Shown: positions 54,385-64,000 of the stretch, one piece after another | Layout of the letters: each line of letters starts with the position of its first letter | Numbering within the stretch: position 1 is the stretch's first letter | Source: Octopus sinensis | Lineage: Eukaryota | Direction of reading: 5' to 3' | NCBI RefSeq assembly: GCF_006345805.1 | Contig: NC_043014.1 | Span: forward strand, 51,770,001 to 51,834,000 | Length of the DNA: 64,000 nt | Translations under genes and position numbers: made by a program | Notes under the pieces: model-generated | The model's database searches: none | What the model saw: only the letters and a program-made list of their open reading frames with translations | Told to the model about the DNA's origin: nothing

Positions 54385-54748
54385 CGATATATATATATAT
54401 ATATATATATATCGATATATCTCTACACAAATACGTGCTTATATTTGCCCAACTATATACATATATGCATGTATATATACATATATATATATCTGTGTGT
54501 ATGCATGTATACATTAATGTATCGTTATATATATATGTGTGTGTGTGTGTGTGTTTGCGTGTGTGTGTGTATGTGTGCGCGCGTATTCTGAGCAGGAGGG
54601 GAAGATCATATGGAAGTACAAGTAAGAGTAAACAAATTTAATTGACGGCGATTTAGTAAATTAACAATACATTGGTTCGCAGTCAAAGAGATGAGCGGAG
54701 TAAATAAGCGAACCATGTATGTATGTATATATATATATATATATGCAT

Positions 54749-54780
<32 letters not shown>

Positions 54781-54793
54781 GCATACACACATA

Positions 54794-54828
<35 letters not shown>

Positions 54829-55619
54829 CATACACATATAGATATATCATCATTGTATGTGCATGTATATTTGAGTATATGTATTTATCATGGAATCAAT
54901 TTAAACAATATTCCGCTGAAGAAGAGGATGATCAAAGGGGCTTTGATTACAGTGAAGTAAAGTTCTTTTAAGTACACAATGGTATTCACGATACCATACT
55001 GTTTAATTATACTTACGGTAAGATCTAAGGTTTCACATTAAATGTCAGCTAATTACTTAGTATAGGTTGAAAGTCGTTAATATTTTCTAAAGCTAAAGTG
55101 AATACCCGATTTTATTTATTCAAAGTTAACTCTGCAAGGTCGCCGTACCATGTTGTTATGGTCAGTTTTGGCTCCGTCTATTCTTGGCGTTGCGTATAAT
55201 AAATAGCATATGATAATATCGAAATGATTCGATAATGTAAATGCGACGATGTACTAGAATGTTAGATTGGAAAAATTCATAAGATTTTGTCGCAGACTGG
55301 AAGAAAAATCCGTTCTGTAATCTAAGTACGTTTGGAAATTGAAGCTTCGATTTTCGATATGATCGACTTTTAATTGATATACAAGTATTAAAGATTTATG
55401 TGAGGTGTATAATCAACGTATTGACAAATTGATATTGGTATCTTACTTTTTGTATAAGGACTGTATACTTAATTTTAAAGGGGGAACTGAAGGATCACCA
55501 CTCGCATGAAACCCCCCATAATATATTGGTTTCAAATTTTGACGCACCGGCATCAATGTCGAGGTTGGGCTTCAGTCGATTACAAGACCCAATGTTCAAC
55601 TGGTACTTATTTTACTTTT

Positions 55620-55912
55620 ACCTACTCTTTTTTACTCTTTCATTTCTTTTAGTCATTTTACTGCGGCCATGCTGGAGCACCGCCTTTAGTCGAGTAAACT
55701 CGACACCAGGTCTTATTCTTTGTAAGACTAGTACTTATTCTATCGGTTTCTTTTGCCGAACCGTTAAGTTACGGGGACGTAAACACACCAGCATCGGTTG
55801 CCAGGCAATGTTGTATGTGTGTGTGTGTGGGGGGGGCAACACAGACACACAAACATATACGCACACATATACATATATACAACGGGCTTCTTCCAGTTCC
55901 CGTCTACTAGCC
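55620..55912 (-). mobile_element. SINE B lacking its head
   Basis: Aligns to 5640-5935. Confidence 0.82.
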
Positions 55913-56029
55913 TCACTCCCCCAAAATTTTGAGCCTTTTGTCTAGTGTAGAAAAGGATATTTTAATAAATCTATATGAAGGCGTACAGTTTTGTGCTTGC
56001 AATGTGAACCTCACGAATGTCAGGCCTGG

Positions 56030-56200
56030 TGGTTTGAGTCTTTAATGTGGCGGTGTATTGATGTCTTTAATGAGCCATTCTCTTTCGTGTCAATTGCGAT
56101 CCCTGTCTAAATTGAAACATGACTGATCCCCACCTTACTCTTGTAGATATTCCCACCAACCGCTCTCACATTCAATGAGATACACTTGAGGAATTTTGGG
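56030..56200 (-). mobile_element. Possible LINE AP-endonuclease N-terminal relic
   Basis: KFLKCISLNVRAVG resembles the SLNVRGL motif; remainder is poorly conserved. Confidence 0.3.
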
Positions 56201-56611
56201 TGTATGCCAGGTAGTCACTAAATGCAAAGCAATTAGCGAAGCGTGGTGTAATGTTTCTAAAAGATGGTCGCTAGCGTAACACAACTGCAGAATGAATTCT
56301 CTCATCGCGTATCAAAGAGAATAACTGATGTAGTTTGGTGTTATGAGCATCCCTGACCAGAGCTTATCCATCAAAAATATTAGGATACTGATAATAAGAC
56401 CATCACAAAGAGGAGAATCATTGTATATTAGTCGTAAATATATAAATTTTCGTCTTTCATCGATGAATTTTTTCTGATCAGTCCATTGCAAAAACCCTCC
56501 TCTGAATTAATATTTATGTGGTTGGGTATTCCGCAACAGTATATTCACAGCTTCTGTTGTATAATGTACTAGTAAAAATAGTTTTTGTTGTATAGACTGT
56601 GTGCTAGTAAA

Positions 56612-56915
56612 AGTGCGTGGCTTAGTGGTTATTACAACAGGCTCACGACAGTAAGTTCGTGAGTTTGATAACTGGGGGCGCGGTGTGCTCTTGAACAAGA
56701 CTTTTTTTATTTCACGTTGCCCCATTCACTCAGCTGGCAAAGAGGAGCAGTGCCTGTGTTCTATATGGCTAGTCTTGTCACGTTATGTGTCACGCTGAAT
56801 CTCCCTGGGGTACAAGTTTCTGTGGAATGTTAAAGCACTTGAATTTTAATTTCACGAAAAGGCTGTTCTGTCGATTGCATCAACTGGAAAACTCGTCATC
56901 ATAACCAACAGAGGG
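56612..56915 (+). mobile_element. SINE family C
   Basis: ctcacgacagtaagttcgtgagtttgat...cactcagctggcaaa...tcacgctgaatctccc...catcaactgg. Confidence 0.8.
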
Positions 56916-57817
56916 CCTGTTAGAATATAATTCCCAGGTAAGCTGAGCCTCACACATTTTGGGCCAAGGAAGATATATGTATTCATTTATTTTTTAAATA
57001 TTTGTACCAAATCTCCGGATGTCTTCAATAAGTTTTCCTAGTAGCCAAAATCTCTTACAGTATATACGGCAGTTGAAGCTATAGAAACTTAAACACGATC
57101 ATGTTGCCGGACAGTGGGATTGAACCGAGAGCTTCCTGGTTGTTAAGCGAACTCATTAATCATTCGTCCACACTGTACTAAGGAAGTAAACAACTCGGAC
57201 GTACAGGAATATAATTTCATGATGTTACTAACGCCATTACGGAAAGAAAAACAAACAGAAAAAAAACCATGTAGTGCAAAGATATTTACTGTTAAGAATG
57301 ATAGAAGGCCTTATCAATTAGCGCTTTGATGTTCGATGAAATAATTGCTTAACAATATGAATTTAAAAAAAAAATTATTCTCTATGTATATATGTATGTA
57401 CGCACATGCGGATAAATGTAGAAATAAAACTTATTTTATTCGCTCTCACTATAATTTATTTCAATTAATATCTAATACAGAATACACACGCGCATGTACA
57501 GGTACGTAGACACACGCAATTAACTATTGACATACATATATATCCATACACACACACACACGCACATATATATGTGTATGTATATGTCCACACATAATTG
57601 AGGAGTGTGATTTAAGGTGCATATCGTATAAGAAGTACTTAGAACCCATTATTCTTCGTTATTTACCGAGAGAGAAAACTCCGCAAAGAACATTATGAAT
57701 ATCAAGTTTTATTCACTAGTCACCAACATAACAAACATTGCAGCAGAGGATTTGTCTCTCTTTCTCTCTGTCTATCTATCTATCCATCTGTCTATCTATG
57801 TATCTATCTAGCTATCT

Positions 57818-57877
<60 letters not shown>

Positions 57878-58784
57878 GATTGTATGTTTGTCTATCTGCC
57901 TATCTGCTAATCTGTTTCTTCCTCTCTCTCTCGCTCTGTCTGTCTATCTCTCTCCCTCTTTCTCTCTCTCTGTATATATATATAGTGCGTGTGTGTGTGT
58001 GTGTGTGTGCGTGTTTGTGTGTGTGTGCGTAAGTATATACGTGCGCTACATAATGTCGAACGAATGCGTGAACAGTGCTCAATAGACGCGCTACAGGGTA
58101 TAATTTTATTCGTATTAAAACAGCTGTGCCTCGCGACGCAAATTTCAATTTCATTAAAGCAACCCGTGTGTGTGTGTGTGAAAGCGAGATAGAGAGAGAG
58201 GGAGGGTGTGGGGAAGAGTGAGAGCTGTTATTTCGTTAGAAATTACATTATAAATTCGGTGATAATATTCCATATCTTTACAAACAAAATGTGACAAAAA
58301 GAAGAGAAATGGAATCTCGATAGCAGTAATAATGATGCTAATAGCAGAGGGACTATTGAAGAGAAAATCTTCAGGAATCTCAAGAGGTTGAATCACTAAG
58401 AGCCAAAGATGTTTCATTCGAAGACATTTTCTTTAGAAGTCTAGTGCTTATTCTAGCATATTTCTCTCTGCAATATTGAGAAATCTGATTTTACAAAACA
58501 CTACACGGTGAAAGCATTTGGAGTGGAAATAATGATGACATCGTCTACAACACAATTTTCGATAAACCGGAATGATGACAAGGAAATGAATATTAATATG
58601 CGTTTACTTCGATTATATTATTCTGTTAGGAAAATAATCAGGTTTCTTGCCTAGTAAAAACATACAAGGTTATTCTCGTATTTAAACAGTTGCGGAAAAA
58701 AGCACACTTTATACGCAAACATAAACACGTACATGTCTGCGCATTCGTCCAAATATATATCATATATTTTTGTTTGTTTTTTAC

Positions 58785-59000
58785 TTGATTCAGTCTCTTT
58801 TGACTGTCACCATGATAGGGCAGAGCGTGGACGTGTTTTAGTCGAACAAATTGACCCTAGGACCTACTTATCGCAGCCTGGTCCCTTTTGCCGAAGGAGT
58901 ACGAAAATACACAAACACGGGTTATCGAGCGTAGTTGGGGGTCAAACGCCGACAAAGATATACATATATAGACGTATGCATATATATCTTCTTTATAGAA
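58785..59000 (-). mobile_element. Degenerate SINE B
   Basis: tttacttgattcagtctctttgactg...ttttagtcgaacaaattgacc...agcccgtcgtatata. Confidence 0.55.
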
Positions 59001-59051
59001 GCCCGTCGTATATATAATACAGGCACACACACACACACACATATATATATT

Positions 59052-59403
59052 TACGGAGATGTACTTGCATAGCAAGAGACTTCATCTGAGATCGTGTGCT
59101 GGAAGGAAAACAACTGCAGCGTGGAAGGGGTTTATAAACCATTTAAGAAACACACAAAATCCATTAGATTCACTTCAACATATAAATTTAATTTGTCAAA
59201 ATATTTTCATCGCTTGGAGACCGCGACCTGTCCACTGACAAAATTCCAAACTGCAGCACAGAATTAAATTTAAATGTTAAAGTGAATATAACGGTTTTTC
59301 TGTGTTTCTTAAATGGCTTATAAACACCTTCCACGCTGCAATTGTTATCGTTCCAGTACACGATCTCAGAACAGGACACTTACGATGCAAGTACATCTCC
59401 GTA
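59052..59403. mobile_element. MITE with ~140-bp terminal inverted repeats in TA context
   Basis: Perfect 19-bp termini tacggagatgtacttgcat / atgcaagtacatctccgta, imperfect pairing further in; partial copy at 14660-14806. Confidence 0.88.
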
Positions 59404-59427
59404 AATATATATATATATATATAAATA

Positions 59428-59840
59428 TCTTTAATTGTTTCAGTCATTTGACTGAGACCATGCTGGAGCACCACCTTTAATCGAGCAACTCGACCATGGG
59501 ACTTATTCTTTGTAAGTCCAGTACTTATTCTATCGGTCTCTTTTGCCGAACCGCTAAGTGACGGGGACATAAACACACCAGCATCGGTTGTCAAGCAATG
59601 CTAGGGGGACAAACACAGACACACAAACATACACGCACACACACACGCACACACATATATATATATATACATATATATGACGGGCTTCTTTCAGTTTCCG
59701 TCTACCAAATCCACTCACAAGGCTTTGGTTGGCCCGAGGCTATAGTAGAAGACACTTGCCCAAGATGCCACGCAGTGGGGCTGAACCCGGAACCATGTGG
59801 TTGGTAAACAAGCTACTTACCACACAGCCACTCATGCGCC
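59428..59840 (-). mobile_element. SINE family B, full length
   Basis: Closely matches 5636-6066. Confidence 0.92.
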
Positions 59841-60507
59841 TATATATATATATGTTTGTGTGTTTGTGTAATGTTTGTGTGGATGTATGTATATGCGCGC
59901 GCGATTTTGATGTGAGCCAGTATATATTATACACATACACCAAGGATTGCATGTAAGAATACAAAGCGGTTTCATATACTCTGAGATACGAAATGTCTAA
60001 CGTATACTTTATCGAATTGATATACGGGCGTGTCACAGCTCATATAAAAGTGTAGTATATGTGTGCGTTTATGTGTTTGTGATTGTCAGTGTGTGTGTGT
60101 GTGGGGGGGGTTGTGACTGTTTGTTCACTACAATTGGTGTTTCAACAGTTCTAGGGCAGTGTCCGTATGTTCATTCCGATATTCCAATGTAATTAAAGTC
60201 GGGTACACCCTCATATATATATATACACTCACACCTCATCCACTACAACACACACGAACATACATGAGCTCATATTATACACTCGCCCACATAGATATAT
60301 ACATATACAAACACGTATATCTATGTACACACCCACACAAATATTAAACATTCATGCATTTATACACACATTTATTTATGCATTTATACATAAATATAAA
60401 TATATACACCATTATTAAAACTTCATATATTTCTACATGCATGTACACACACACATATATATAGTTATTAATGTTTAGTAACATATAGAAATATATGTAC
60501 GTATATG

Positions 60508-60539
<32 letters not shown>

Positions 60540-60547
<8 letters not shown>

Positions 60548-60634
60548 TCATTATATATATATCACATGTACATATATATATATATATATATATATAATAT
60601 CGTTATATATATATATATCACATGTACATATATA

Positions 60635-60665
<31 letters not shown>

Positions 60666-60835
60666 CATATATATAATATCATTATAATATATATATTCAC
60701 ATGTACATATATATATATATATATATATACATATATATAATATCATTATATATATATATTCACATGTACATATATATATATATATATATATACATATATA
60801 AAACTATCATTATATATATATATTCACATGTACAT

Positions 60836-60867
<32 letters not shown>

Positions 60868-61110
60868 TAAAAATATCATTATATATATATATTCACATGT
60901 ACATATATATATATATATACACATATATAAAAATATCATTATATATATATATTCACATGTACATATATATATAATATATATATATTATATATACATATAT
61001 AAAAATATCATTATATAATTCACATGTACATATATATATATATATATATACATATATAAAAATATCATTATATATATATATATTCACATGTACATATATA
61101 TATATATATA
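60540..61110. repeat. ~60-bp higher-order repeat built from TA tracts (9 units)
   Basis: tatcatta(ta)n-tcacatgtaca(ta)n recurring. Confidence 0.9.
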
Positions 61111-61410
61111 TATAATAATTTGTAAATACATGTGTCGCCCTCGTTTCCTTGCATGTCTATGCCAAGGTATGATTGTAGTGTAGCTGAAGCATAATGAATA
61201 TTGGAATGAGAGAAGGAAAGAACTGAGTGGGAAGTGAACAAAACCATTGAATTACTACATTAAGCATTCCAAAGACCCTGTGATGTTGAGGATTCTGTTT
61301 GAATATAGAACATGAAAAGATCCCGAAGCAACAGAAAAATACTGGCCATGAAATATAGGACGTATATCTAATCATGATTTTACATTCTTCCTTGTAATTG
61401 TACGTACTGA

Positions 61411-61507
<97 letters not shown>

Positions 61508-61574
61508 TAGATAGATGAAAAGACTGTAATATGAGATTAAATAAATGACAAGTTAAGAGTTAGGAAATTTTGTA

Positions 61575-61690
61575 ATGCACTTCATTAGCTAACAGCTGTT
61601 TCTGCTTCAACACGCAATGTACTCGTATGATGCTGTTTTGTATCATCTTAATATAGAGCTATGGGAGCTTCGAAACTAAAGTGCAGTTTT
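61575..61690 (-). mobile_element. Third, core-degenerate copy of the 47557 HHR family
   Basis: cttcattagctaacagctgtttctgctt matches 47558-47584. Confidence 0.55.
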
Positions 61691-62030
61691 CCTTTTCGGA
61701 GAGTATGTATGTATATATGGAAGAAATCTCTCTACACAAAATATTAAAAATCATAAAAGTAAAGTATCAGTTTTGAAGTGTGAAAATCACTGAAAAATAT
61801 ATCGATGTAGCCATTCCACGTGATTTGAAATTTTAACAACAGAGCATCTTAATTCTCGTCAGTGGCTATTACTGTGCTTGGGGTTAAGCTCAACTGACCT
61901 CGTCAACTTATAAGAAAAAACGTTGAAAACCTGTGTTGATTCCAAAAACGCTAGAAGTGATAACTATAAATAATGTCGGTATCTTAGCAATTTAACAATC
62001 ACTGTCACTTTAGTGACATTTCTCTCTCAC

Positions 62031-62072
<42 letters not shown>

Positions 62073-62487
62073 TATCAGATGAAGCGCTAAGCAGTGGTGA
62101 GTATATACGTGTATTCGTTAACCAGTTGAAATATGCTACAGGCATATTCCAATGGTTTTCTTAGAGGTTCGAGTATGCCTGAAGCATATTTCAACTGGTA
62201 ACAAGTTTGTGTGTGTGAGTGTGTCCGTATGTTCATTCCGGTATTACAATGTAATTAAAGTCGGGTACACCCTCATATATATATACACTCACACCTCATC
62301 CACTACAACACACACGAACATACATGAGCTCATATTATACACTCGCCCACATGTGTGCGTGTAACATATATATATATATAAAGTATCATATGTCTCTATA
62401 TACACCAGGCTTCAAAATATATATTTGCATATTTATTTAGCTTTACACACATAAACATTGCATTCACAAACTCATGCAGACACACAC

Positions 62488-62550
<63 letters not shown>

Positions 62551-63599
62551 GAGGACTATTTTCCACCACCCAGCTGGTACACATAAAGTCAAATAAGTTT
62601 TCAGTCCTGTGGCTTTTCTTAGCAAAAAGCTATGCATCATCTAATCAAATGTTGCCGCATCTGCTTTGAAAATATGTTTAGAATCTCAACATCACAACTT
62701 GATGGCTAATAACGATTCTAAAGTACATAAACTAGTTTAATAAATTCTGTTAATTTTCCTTTCATGTGAAATCTTGTAAAATCGCTTGCATCCATAAGAG
62801 TTAATATATTTGCCGATCTTTCAAAACTGGAAATCCTAGAAACCATCGTTTCTAACATCGCACGTTACCATATTATTAGGTCTTAATTTCAAGGTAGAAC
62901 TGATTACGTTCTTGAAATAAACTTTTGTCTGACTGATTAGAAAGTACCTCTCAGAGAACTTTGAAAGTCGGTGCTCAATCCTGAAACAGCTGGTCAACCC
63001 AAAGAGTTTATTTGGGAGTAATATGTCCGAACGTTCTTTAAATTTTAAAATCTGGGCTATCTTTATGAATCTGCGACCAGCGGAGTTTTGTCAGTAGCAG
63101 AGCTAATTTTCCGATGCCAAATAATGCGTAATTATTTACTAATAATGTTTATTAATAATGTTGATCCGTGTTTCATACGGCAGCCTGATGTGGCGTCGGT
63201 TTTCATTTGACCCGCATCTCGAAAACTATCGCATATGACTTTTAAAATACATTACCGCACCACAGAGATCAAGTTCTTTGGTACCCTTATTGCATTTTGT
63301 GGAAAATAAATACTCCGCAATATCGAACCTCTGTCGCTCTGTAATTTGATCAATATATGTGTTGTATTTCTCTCCATTCGATTCACACTCGTTTGTAGAT
63401 AGAGACAATCCGACCAGCCGGCCCGCTGCTCATGCTAAGTTTTCAACAGTCGTACAACTTTGCGTAGATAGTAAAACCTCAAAGAATTCTCTTGATGCTG
63501 ATGGAAAATATAACATGAAATTTCATGCAAGAAATCTTCAAACAGTTCACAACCAATCATGTAAGAATCATCTAAGAAACCACAAAATCGATACAGACA

Positions 63600-63940
63600 T
63601 AGAATAATCTACAGCAGAAGAACGTAAAATATTATATGACTTGTGACACGTAATGAGTACGATTCATCATTTTATGCGCAAATTAGGAAAATTGCTAAAA
63701 CATGAAATTTATCGTCTAAGTAGATATTGAGAACATTCAAACCTGATCCACAAAAAGTAACAAATGATTGTTAGACGACCTCTGTTGCGTTGTTCGACAC
63801 ATAAATTACTGCTCCGCAATTCTGCTGGTAATATCTGCTGAATATTAGTATTGAAATGGTGGAATGGAAATGGTCAGAAGATAAAATACTGACTCCACAA
63901 ACCGAAAGGGTCATTAGAAAATTTGCGTAGCTTCTTATTA
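63600..63940 (+). mobile_element. Possible highly decayed mariner transposase relic
   Basis: MRKLGKLLKHEI weakly resembles KKLG..KL..WVPH. Confidence 0.3.
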
Positions 63941-64000
63941 ATCTACTGTGGACAACATGTCTTTTTCTTACACTCTCTCTCTCCGTTACTCTGTCTGTTT

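Noticed and set aside
58340-58395. GTIEEKIF, resembling a SNF2 helicase C-terminal motif
   Set aside because: Flanked by stops, lacks the upstream YRL motif and has no splice support
60540-61110. Repeat-spacer appearance suggesting CRISPR (also 32240-33045)
   Set aside because: Eukaryotic context; the variable parts are microsatellite tracts, not unique spacers; no cas genes

Overview
AT-rich, microsatellite-saturated non-coding animal DNA (intron or intergenic). The SINE families and (TA)n/(CA)n/(ATCT)n load resemble what I recall of octopus genomes; this is an inference, not a database result. No protein-coding gene can be identified. The long ORFs in the track are microsatellite translations, and only a few low-confidence candidate exons exist. 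The window holds over 30 copies or fragments of tRNA-derived SINEs (labelled A-D and F here), decayed CR1/L2-group and RTE retrotransposon pieces, two mariner remnants, MITEs and minisatellites. The most interesting signal is a set of type I hammerhead-ribozyme (HHR) motifs of the Penelope-like-element (PLE) kind, from five unrelated sequence families. Two of these families form inverted repeats with an HHR on each strand pointing outward; one is a near-perfect 325-bp palindrome at 44176-44500. Also notable are a ~550-bp retroposon found in (AAT)n tracts and repeated fold-back or inversion events centred on (TA)n tracts. All structures were folded by eye and none has been tested.
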